DNA of 25,916 nucleotides, from IMG/VR virus record IMGVR_UViG_2597490230_000001, positions 1-25,916 of that record; one strand, 5' to 3'. The notes under the pieces are model-generated. The model had not been told where the DNA came from. It was given only the letters and a program-made list of their open reading frames with translations, and did no database searches. Shown one piece after another: positions 1 to 7,074 of the stretch. The DNA comes from a virus. Lineage: Duplodnaviria; Heunggongvirae; Uroviricota; Caudoviricetes. The position numbers were made by a program, and so were the translations under genes. Within the stretch, counting starts at the first letter, position 1; each line of letters starts with the position of its first letter.

Positions 1-100
1 TAAGAGACTTTTCTACAGGTTACTTGGTCGGATTCGACTTCACCTATTTACTAACATCGCCTGGTTACTTTGCATCACTGCTTCACCGTTTGATGTAGTC

Positions 101-129
101 ACTATACAGCGTCTTTTCTGTAGTGTCAA
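101..129 (-). promoter_or_regulatory. sigma70 early promoter 1 (leftward)
   Basis: Minus strand reads TTGACA (129-124), 17 bp, TATAGT (106-101). An A-tract-rich UP-like segment lies immediately upstream (131-150). Confidence 0.85.
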
Positions 130-193
130 ACTTATTTTCACTTTATTTTTCATCTGATTTTCTAGATGAAAGTGAATCGCTTAACACGTTGTC

Positions 194-222
194 AGATTAA
201 CCAGGATTAAAACCCTTGTCAA
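194..222 (-). promoter_or_regulatory. sigma70 early promoter 2 (leftward)
   Basis: Minus strand reads TTGACA (222-217), 17 bp, TAATCT (199-194). Confidence 0.75.
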
Positions 223-287
223 TCCATCCAGGATAAAAATTTATCCTTTTATCGTTTGGCGTTTTGTATCGCCTCCCGATGAATTGA

Positions 288-316
288 ATATTAGAGATTC
301 CTGGTTTTACTTGCAA
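288..316 (-). promoter_or_regulatory. sigma70 early promoter 3 (leftward)
   Basis: Minus strand reads TTGCAA (316-311), 17 bp, TAATAT (293-288), with an A/T-rich upstream segment. Confidence 0.7.
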
Positions 317-348
317 GCGTTTATTTTAAAAAAGATTAAAATAGTTAC

Positions 349-361
349 TAACTCGCTGATT
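349..361 (-). promoter_or_regulatory. IHF-like site (1 mismatch)
   Basis: Minus strand AATCAGCGAGTTA versus consensus WATCAANNNNTTR, with an A-tract upstream. Confidence 0.45.
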
Positions 362-401
362 TATAAGAGAATTTATTTTCACTTATTTTCTACCTATTTC
401 A

Positions 402-414
402 TAACTCATTGATT
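402..414 (-). promoter_or_regulatory. IHF consensus site
   Basis: Minus strand AATCAATGAGTTA is a perfect WATCAANNNNTTR match. Confidence 0.55.
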
Positions 415-536
415 TATAACGATTAATTCCAATCCACCAGGTTTTAAATTATGAATAAGTCTTTGACTATCACACTTTAATCTATCTTGTCTATAGGATA
501 AGTCTTAATAGTTACCGCATGAATACAACAATGTGA

Positions 537-549
537 TAAGTCATTGATT
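537..549 (-). promoter_or_regulatory. IHF consensus site
   Basis: Minus strand AATCAATGACTTA is a perfect match. Confidence 0.55.
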
Positions 550-848
550 AACATGCGATTAGTTATCCCATACGTATAAAATCTATACACTGAAAAGAGA
601 AAAGACCAAAGAAAACAAACACATACGAATTAATCCTTATTAAACAGTCGCTTAGGTTAAAATGTGGTATCTTCCAGCCCCTGAAAGGATAGAATCTATT
701 GATTATGGATTATTGATAGATGGAAGTTATCAAGATGGAAGGGGATAAGAAACAACGTTTCGAACGTAGTAAAACACTGTTTCAATATTAAAATAGAAAA
801 GGTTAGCCATTAATAAACCGGCGTTTTAGTTTTGTAAAATAACGGGGA

Positions 849-1105
849 TGTTATAACGTAACAATATCTTTACTGGATATAATTACAGGTGGAGATATAA
901 CCAGGTAGTAACACTGTATGGATAGCCATGCTGTATGGATAATCAGTAGTACCGTGTGGATAGTTAGCTAATCATTAGTAACGTGTGGTAATTATGTGAT
1001 GTTATATTGTATCACCATTCCCGTGTCACTGTATCAGTACACTAGTACAAGGGTTTGTAATGTTATATTGTAACAGATGGGGGGGGGATGTGTGATGTTA
1101 TAACA
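849..1105. repeat. dispersed TGTTA-N5-TA(A/T)CA inverted-repeat motif family
   Basis: TGTTATAACGTAACA 849-863, TGTTATATTGTATCA 1000-1014, TGTTATATTGTAACA 1061-1075, and the palindrome TGTTATAACA 1096-1105. Confidence 0.7.
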
Positions 1106-1143
1106 TAAAGGGATTGTACTGGATGGATGTACAGCTAGGAGGC

Positions 1144-1156
1144 TAAGTGCTTGATA
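1144..1156 (-). promoter_or_regulatory. IHF consensus site
   Basis: Minus strand TATCAAGCACTTA is a perfect match. Confidence 0.55.
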
Positions 1157-1368
1157 TTTATGGGGAATTAGCGTATCAGCGTACTAGTGCAGAGAGGACG
1201 ACCCACTTCCCCCTTTTCGTGTGCGTGTGTGGCGACCCGCCTCCTATACCACCGCGTGTGAGTTCAATAATGAGGATATCCTGACTTGATTAATAGTCCA
1301 TATGAGGTCGCATCTGATTGTTCCGTGTGACTTACATATCTTTATTTTATTTCTTTTCAGTGTAAAGG

Positions 1369-1394
1369 GTAAGATTTTCAGAAAATTTGAACTA
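1369..1394 (+). promoter_or_regulatory. putative phage-sigma late promoter
   Basis: GTAAGA-N16-ACTA; the same bipartite motif recurs before several late genes. Confidence 0.65.
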
Positions 1395-1402
1395 AAGTTC
1401 AT

Positions 1403-1427
1403 GGGCGAAGGGGAAAGGGGTTCAGGG
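1403..1427 (+). other. potential G-quadruplex sequence
   Basis: GGG-CGAA-GGGG-AAA-GGGG-TTCA-GGG fits the canonical G3+N1-7 x4 pattern. Confidence 0.55.
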
Positions 1428-1636
1428 ATATTCACTATCCTTGTTTAATCCTCTTCTTATCTAACTCCTTCACTCAATTTCCCTTCTCAAAAGAGCCCGC
1501 CCTCTGTCTAAGGTATGACCTCCCATCAAACGCTGATAAGAATGACAAGCCATCAATCAGTGACCAATATGATATCCCATCTATCAGTGTAAATATGAAT
1601 AGCCATCAATGTTTTTCATCTTTTCAGTGTATCAGT

Positions 1637-1662
1637 GTAATGTTTTTCTTTAATCAGTGCTA
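1637..1662 (+). promoter_or_regulatory. putative phage-sigma late promoter upstream of terS
   Basis: GTAATG-N16-GCTA, about 90 bp before the terS start. Confidence 0.7.
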
Positions 1663-1749
1663 TAAGTCAATGTAGCATCTGTAAGGATATGAATTCTATG
1701 ACAGATGGGTGGAAGGTGGGAGCTACATTAGTTGAAGGAGTGATGTGTA

Positions 1750-2145
1750 ATGACTGATAACGATAATGAACTGATTGATTCTATTATTGAAGGTCGCTCC
1801 GTCAAGACTGGACAGTTTGTCAAGGGTAATACAGCAGGTAAGGGAAGACCTAAAGGTTCGAGAAACAAAATGACTCAACGAATGTTGAATCGTGTTGCTG
1901 AACGAAGTGAAGATGGTCTGTCAATGGAAGAAATCATGATGGATATCGCCCAAGACCCTAACATGCCCGCTGAGTTAAGATTCAAAGCTGCGGCTAAAGT
2001 TTCTGACCTCGTTTATCCGAAAGCATCCTCTGTTGAAGTTAAGATGGACGAGAAAGAGAGCATGACTAAAGAACAAATTGACGCTCGACTCAAAGCTTTG
2101 CTTGCTGGCAATATTGTTGAGACGAAGGAAGAAGACGAAGACTAA
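1750..2145 (+). CDS. terS: terminase small subunit
   Basis: 131 aa; N-terminal GQFVKGNTAGKGRPKGSRNK motif typical of small terminases; SD AAGGAG; first gene of the packaging module. Confidence 0.75.
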   Translation: MTDNDNELIDSIIEGRSVKTGQFVKGNTAGKGRPKGSRNKMTQRMLNRVAERSEDGLSMEEIMMDIAQDPNMPAELRFKAAAKVSDLVYPKASSVEVKMDEKESMTKEQIDARLKALLAGNIVETKEEDED

Positions 2146-2156
2146 GGTAGGTGGCT

Positions 2157-2390
2157 ATGATTGGACTGCTGTTTGATATTTTGATTCCTCGATTTGTCAC
2201 TGAACCTTTCTGCTTGAGTGGTAATGACAATGAAGGCTATGATGCTGTTTGTGCTTACCGATATCGAGAAGAAGGTGAGCGGTTCGATAAAGTCGCTGAT
2301 ATAAGTTACTTCAATCTCTTCGGGTTGATGTTGTTCATTAAGGTTAGACAAGATACAGTACGTAATTTTTCACGAGAAGACGTGCTGTAA
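2157..2390 (+). CDS. hypothetical protein
   Basis: 77-79 aa ORF directly after terS. Start is ambiguous (GTG 2151 or ATG 2157). No recognisable domain. Confidence 0.55.
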   Translation: MIGLLFDILIPRFVTEPFCLSGNDNEGYDAVCAYRYREEGERFDKVADISYFNLFGLMLFIKVRQDTVRNFSREDVL

Positions 2391-2455
2391 GTAAGGATAC
2401 CTTAGGACGTCTTTCGCTGGTATAGACGATTAAAGAATACCAGCCGCGAAATTAC

Positions 2456-2531
2456 GTTTCCATAGCTTAACGGATAGAGCAACAGCCTTCTAAGCTGTCG
2501 GTTGAAGGTTCGAATCCTTCTGGGAACGCCA
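2456..2531 (+). tRNA. tRNA-Arg(TCT)
   Basis: Acceptor GTTTCCA/TGGGAAC, anticodon arm ACAGC-CTTCTAA-GCTGT, TTCGAAT loop, encoded CCA. Confidence 0.95.
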
Positions 2532-2536
2532 TACAA

Positions 2537-2612
2537 GGGTGATAAGCACATATGGATGTGCGGTGGACTGTTAATCCAATGGTAGTTGGTTCGAATCCAA
2601 CATTGCCCGCCA
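2537..2612 (+). tRNA. tRNA-Asn(GTT)
   Basis: Acceptor GGGTGAT/ATTGCCC, anticodon arm TGGA-CTGTTAA-TCCA, T-arm GTTGG-TTCGAAT-CCAAC, CCA. Position 8 is A rather than the usual U. Confidence 0.9.
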
Positions 2613-2619
2613 AAACAAT

Positions 2620-2693
2620 AGGGATGTAGTGTAACGGTAGCACTTCGGACTTTGACTCCGACAGCCTAGGTTCGAAACCTAGCGTCCCTGCCA
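2620..2693 (+). tRNA. tRNA-Gln(TTG)
   Basis: Acceptor AGGGATG/CGTCCCT, anticodon arm TCGGA-CTTTGAC-TCCGA, T-arm CTAGG-TTCGAAA-CCTAG, CCA. Confidence 0.95.
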
Positions 2694-2731
2694 ATTCCTG
2701 AAAGGAATAACTGTTCCTTCAGAACAAACAT

Positions 2732-2805
2732 GGGTGATTCGTATAGTGGTATTACGCTGGATTCCAAACCCAGTCACCGGAGTTCGATTCTTCGATTGCC
2801 CGCCA
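2732..2805 (+). tRNA. tRNA-Trp(CCA)
   Basis: Acceptor GGGTGAT/ATTGCCC, anticodon arm CTGGA-TTCCAAA-CCCAG (A-C mismatch at the loop-closing pair), G73, CCA. Confidence 0.85.
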
Positions 2806-2808
2806 AAT

Positions 2809-2886
2809 TGCGAGTTACAGTTCTGGTTGAACTGGTCAGTCTCATAAACTGAATAAAGGTAGGTTCGATTCCTGCACTCGCCTCCA
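2809..2886 (+). tRNA. tRNA-Met(CAT), initiator-like
   Basis: Acceptor TGCGAGT/ACTCGCC with an unpaired U1-C72, D-stem A11-U24, anticodon arm TCAGT-CTCATAA-ACTGA, CCA. Confidence 0.88.
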
Positions 2887-2907
2887 CATTAAGGGCTATC
2901 TTTACCA

Positions 2908-3066
2908 ATGAATGAAAAAGTTAAATCCGTAATCTACAAAGATGGGAATGTTATAGTTCACATTGGTAAAGATGGTTTTGATTCAACACGATTCTTTGTA
3001 TTCTCAAAGGAAACTGCTAAAGAAGTAGTCGAAGTGCTGAATGAGTTTATTCGCAAACATAGCTGA
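2908..3066 (+). CDS. small hypothetical protein (52 aa, not in ORF track)
   Basis: MNEKVKSVIYKDGNVIVHIGKDGFDSTRFFVFSKETAKEVVEVLNEFIRKHS*. Fills the gap between two tRNAs, has a weak AAGGG SD, and its stop lies inside tRNA-Phe. Confidence 0.6.
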   Translation: MNEKVKSVIYKDGNVIVHIGKDGFDSTRFFVFSKETAKEVVEVLNEFIRKHS

Positions 3067-3127
3067 GATGGATTAGCGCTTGCCTGAAGAGCTTGAGAGC
3101 TTGGTTCGATTCCAAGTGTTTGCACCA
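3053..3127 (+). tRNA. tRNA-Phe(GAA), anticodon stem imperfect
   Basis: Acceptor GCAAACA/TGTTTGC, T-arm CTTGG-TTCGATT-CCAAG, CCA. The anticodon arm CTTGC-CTGAAGA-GCTTG has two U-U mismatches. Confidence 0.75.
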
Positions 3128-3216
3128 AATAACGAACGGTAAAAAATTTTGCGCGTTCGCTTCGCAGATGTTAAAGGGTCGCCACATGGGGCGCGTCTGT
3201 ATTGGAGGTTTAGTAA

Positions 3217-4701
3217 ATGGATTTTAATAACATCGATTTCGACAACTTGCCGGAACATGTTAAGTGGGAGATTATTGACTTACTAGAGGAAAGAGAAAGG
3301 GTCATTAAGTATAATCGTATTAACACTTTCGTGCCCTACAAGTTTCAAAAAGATTTTTATAAAGCAAGTGCAAAGTATAAGAGGCGCTTTCTATGCGCGG
3401 CTAACCGTGTGGGTAAATCCTACTCCGAAGCTGTAGAAGTGTACTATCACTTGTCTGGTCTGTACCCTGAATGGTGGGAAGGACACAAGTTTAACAAGCC
3501 AATTCTTTGTTGGTCTGTCGGTATTACAGGGGATTCGACGCGAAAGGTTCTTCAAAAAGAATTGTTCGGTACTCCTATGGGTAAAGACACTGATGCCTTG
3601 GGCACTGGTGCTATCCCGCGTGACCTGATTGATATTGATAACATTGAGAAAGACGGTAACATCATCAAGATTGCTAAGATTAAGCATCATGACGCCAATG
3701 GTCACTTCGATGGTTGGTCTACTCTCGAATTCCGTTCAACTCAACAGGGTGAACACGTACTGATGGGTGCGACAGTCGATTATATCTGGCTTGACGAAGA
3801 AGACCCATTCAAATCTATGGAAATCTATGCTCAGTGCGTTACTCGTACTGCTACGACTGGTGGTTTGATTACCATCACAGCGACACCTGAGAACGGTTTG
3901 ACGAAACTGGTAGACCTGTTCATGAAAGATATGTCGGGCTACTTATATTTTCAGAACGCTACATGGGATGATGCACCGCACTTAGATGAGGAAACTAAAA
4001 AAGAATTGCTGGCGTCTATTCCATCTTGGCAACACGAAATGCGAAGCAGGGGTATACCAATGATGGGTGAAGGTCTTATTTATGACATTCCTGAATCAAT
4101 GATTGCTATGGAACCAATTGAGATTCCACAACATTGGCGTCGGGTTTGTGCTATTGATATCGGTATTAGTCACGATACTGCTGCTGTTTGGACAGCTTAT
4201 GACGCTGCAACAGACACCATCTATGTATATGACTGCTACCACGCAGATGCGGGAGTTCCTGCAATGCATGCCACTGCAATTAATGCGAGAGGCAACTGGA
4301 TTCCTGTTATTCTTCCGCACGATGCTGACAACACCGAACGTGGCTCAGGTCGTAGCGTAGCATCTTACTATGCAGAAGCGGGCGTCAATGTTATGCCTGA
4401 AACGTTTTACAATCCTCTGGATTGGACTGGTAAGAAGAATAACTTTGTTGAACCAGGCATTATGGAAATTCTTCAAAGGATGAAGACTGGTCGATTCAAA
4501 GTATTCAGTACTTGCGGTCGGTTCTTCGAAGAATTACGTCGTTATCACCGTAAAGACGGTAAAATCGTTAAAGACTTCGATGATACGATGGATGCTACCC
4601 GATATTCAGCACTCTCTGTTGTTGCACGAGGATTAAGTGCGGGTGAAGCAAGCGCTGGCTACAACGCTGCGTACAATGACGGCTGGAATTATAACTATTA
4701 A
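3217..4701 (+). CDS. terL: terminase large subunit
   Basis: 494 aa; Walker A AANRVGKS, Walker B YIWLDEE, coupling motif TATP, RNase H-like nuclease AIDIG...DDTMDATRY; SD GGAGG. Confidence 0.97.
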   Translation: MDFNNIDFDNLPEHVKWEIIDLLEERERVIKYNRINTFVPYKFQKDFYKASAKYKRRFLCAANRVGKSYSEAVEVYYHLSGLYPEWWEGHKFNKPILCWSVGITGDSTRKVLQKELFGTPMGKDTDALGTGAIPRDLIDIDNIEKDGNIIKIAKIKHHDANGHFDGWSTLEFRSTQQGEHVLMGATVDYIWLDEEDPFKSMEIYAQCVTRTATTGGLITITATPENGLTKLVDLFMKDMSGYLYFQNATWDDAPHLDEETKKELLASIPSWQHEMRSRGIPMMGEGLIYDIPESMIAMEPIEIPQHWRRVCAIDIGISHDTAAVWTAYDAATDTIYVYDCYHADAGVPAMHATAINARGNWIPVILPHDADNTERGSGRSVASYYAEAGVNVMPETFYNPLDWTGKKNNFVEPGIMEILQRMKTGRFKVFSTCGRFFEELRRYHRKDGKIVKDFDDTMDATRYSALSVVARGLSAGEASAGYNAAYNDGWNYNY

Positions 4702-4720
4702 TTTTTGAGGAGTGTTAAGA

Positions 4721-7072
4721 ATGTCAGATTGCAAGATTACTGGCAACGTTATGCTTGACGACGAGACCCTAAGTACTCTCCAATATCAGGTAGGTACTTA
4801 CTATAACCACGCGATTGGTTATCATGAGGGCGAGTTGGGTGTACGTGCTCGAATGGGTTGGGAATACTATTACGGAAACCTCCCAGAACCCGTCACACGC
4901 GGTTCTTCACGTTGGGTTGACCGAAGTGTATGGGAAAGTGTCAACGGCACGTTACAGGAGCTTGTGAGCGTTTTTACGAGTGGTGAGGATGCAGTTAAGT
5001 TCTCTCCAATGCACTCGAAGGATGCTTCTGCTGCTATGGCTGCCACTAAGATGGTAAATAAAATCCTGTTGCGTGATAATCCAGGATTCAACGTACTTCA
5101 TGACGCCTTTAAGGAATGTCTTGTTGCACGTAACTCCTTCATCAAGCGTTACTGGAAAACTGAGAAGAAATCTTTTACCGAAGAGTTCGAAGATTTAACA
5201 AAAGATGAGTTGGATTTGTATTTATCAGAGATTCAAGGTGATATCATTGAGTTCACCGCTGAGTTGACAGATAAATCTGAAGAAGACGACCACGTTATCG
5301 AAACTCATTCCGAAGAAATGGATGATGAGCAAGATTTCAACAAGATTGAGGATGAAGTTCCAGCTAAACCGAAGAAATCCAAAGAAGATGATGGGTTTGA
5401 AGAAGGTATCGAAGATGAATTCGAAGCTGAAGATAATTCCGAAGAAGAAGACAAAGAAGAAATCAAACCACCAAAAGGTGTGATGGCTACAGAAGAGCCG
5501 AAAGAGAAAGAGAACGATGAAGAAGAACGTTTCTCTGGTCAGGTGACTTATGAAATCACAACTGAAGGCGTTTGTGTTGAGTACGTCCCATTTGAGGAAG
5601 TAATCGTTGAGCCAACCGCACGGTCACTCAAAGATGCTAACTACATTGGTCACAGAGTTCGTAAGAGTAAGGACGAATTGTTACTAATGGGATTTGATGC
5701 TGAAGCAATTGAGAATCTCAACCCTGCTTCTTCTGACATTGAAGCTGGTGTTATTGCCAACTCTCGTGTCAACAACTTAAACCCTTTAAACGTGAGTGAT
5801 GTTCTGTCCGTAGGTGATGAGAAAGCTGATAAGCTGTGGTTACATGAGAACTACATCAAGACTTCTCTCGTTACTGGTCGAATGGAAATCCTTCAAGTCT
5901 TCACGTTGAATGGTCAGATTCTTGAAGTCAACCGAGTAAATGAGTTCCCGTTTGAGACAATGACTCCATTCCCAATCCCTGGTTCTATTTGGGGTGAATC
6001 TGTTTTCGATATTACGAAAGATGTTCAGGATTTGACTACTACATTAGTACGTGGTGTCATTGATAATATCATGAACGCTAACTTCCGTCGTTACGAAGCG
6101 GTTAAAGGTCAATATGACCGTGAGTCTTTACTGAACAACAGACCAGGTGCTGTTATTGAAGTTCTGTCTCAAGGTGCGGTTACTCCTTTCCAACATCACC
6201 AACTTCCTGCTGGCGTTGATTCTCTGCTTGAGTATATCAATAGTAAGAAAGAAGAACGTACTGGTGTTTCAAAGGTTGGCCAAGGCTTAGACCCTAACGT
6301 GTTTAAAAACGACAACTCAACTGCCACTGTTAATATGGTAATGTCTGCTGCACAAAACCGTCTTCGTATGGTTGCACGTAACATTGCTCAACGTGGTATG
6401 ATGAGCCTGATGCTGTCAATCTATAACTTGGTTCGTGAGAATGGCAAAACTCCTATCTTTGTCGAAACTGCTAACGGTACGGTCACTCTTGACCCGCGTA
6501 AGCTGCCTCATCGTTCTGAGATGATTGTTGCTGTTGCTGTAGGTGACGGTGAGCGTAAAGAAAGAGCTGCTGCTCTCCAAGGTTTGATGATGAGTATGAC
6601 TCAGGTTCCGCAGTTACAACAGTTCCTGCAACCTCAGAACGCTTATCACTTGGCTGCTCAACTGTTTGAATCTATGGGCGTGTACGATGTTGAGAATTAC
6701 TTGACTCCTCTCGACCAGATTCCACCACCACAACCAGACCCAATCCAACAACTTACTATCCAGCAATTGCAGGAACAGATTAAGCAGATTGGTGTACAGA
6801 CTCAGAAACTCATTTCCGATGTTAATAACGAAGACCGTAAATCCGAGTTCGAGCAACAAAAAGCTGCTGATGAAATGACATTGAAGATGCAAGAGTCACG
6901 TAGCAATGTTGATATGAATGCTGAGAAGATGGCACTCGAACGTGCAAGACTGGACTTGGAAAGAGACCGTGTTGCTCTTGAGAAAGAGAAGATTGAACTG
7001 AAACGTCAAGAAATGTTGATGGAAGCTCAAATCGAAGCACGTCAAACCCGCCCAGTGTCTATCGGGAGATAA
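4721..7072 (+). CDS. portal protein
   Basis: About 783 aa directly after terL; portal-like segments (NRPGAVIEV, EERTGVSKVGQG) and a C-terminal coiled coil. SD GAGGAG favours ATG 4721 over GTG 4712. Confidence 0.9.
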   Translation: MSDCKITGNVMLDDETLSTLQYQVGTYYNHAIGYHEGELGVRARMGWEYYYGNLPEPVTRGSSRWVDRSVWESVNGTLQELVSVFTSGEDAVKFSPMHSKDASAAMAATKMVNKILLRDNPGFNVLHDAFKECLVARNSFIKRYWKTEKKSFTEEFEDLTKDELDLYLSEIQGDIIEFTAELTDKSEEDDHVIETHSEEMDDEQDFNKIEDEVPAKPKKSKEDDGFEEGIEDEFEAEDNSEEEDKEEIKPPKGVMATEEPKEKENDEEERFSGQVTYEITTEGVCVEYVPFEEVIVEPTARSLKDANYIGHRVRKSKDELLLMGFDAEAIENLNPASSDIEAGVIANSRVNNLNPLNVSDVLSVGDEKADKLWLHENYIKTSLVTGRMEILQVFTLNGQILEVNRVNEFPFETMTPFPIPGSIWGESVFDITKDVQDLTTTLVRGVIDNIMNANFRRYEAVKGQYDRESLLNNRPGAVIEVLSQGAVTPFQHHQLPAGVDSLLEYINSKKEERTGVSKVGQGLDPNVFKNDNSTATVNMVMSAAQNRLRMVARNIAQRGMMSLMLSIYNLVRENGKTPIFVETANGTVTLDPRKLPHRSEMIVAVAVGDGERKERAAALQGLMMSMTQVPQLQQFLQPQNAYHLAAQLFESMGVYDVENYLTPLDQIPPPQPDPIQQLTIQQLQEQIKQIGVQTQKLISDVNNEDRKSEFEQQKAADEMTLKMQESRSNVDMNAEKMALERARLDLERDRVALEKEKIELKRQEMLMEAQIEARQTRPVSIGR

Positions 7073-7074
7073 TT

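Noticed and set aside
840-1110. CRISPR array or CRP sites among the short repeats
   Set aside because: The repeats are too short and irregularly spaced for CRISPR, and the TGTGA half-sites lack a TCACA partner at N6.
1244-1435. 63-aa minus-strand ORF
   Set aside because: No SD, no protein-like features, and it overlaps a + strand late promoter and the G-tract element.
2750-2775. Reading the fourth tRNA as Gly(TCC)
   Set aside because: The stem only pairs in the register that centres CCA in a 7-nt loop, and G73 also fits Trp.
2467-3258. Minus-strand ORFs 2467-2694 and 3073-3258
   Set aside because: They are antisense translations of tRNA genes (GFEP/WNRT-type artefacts).
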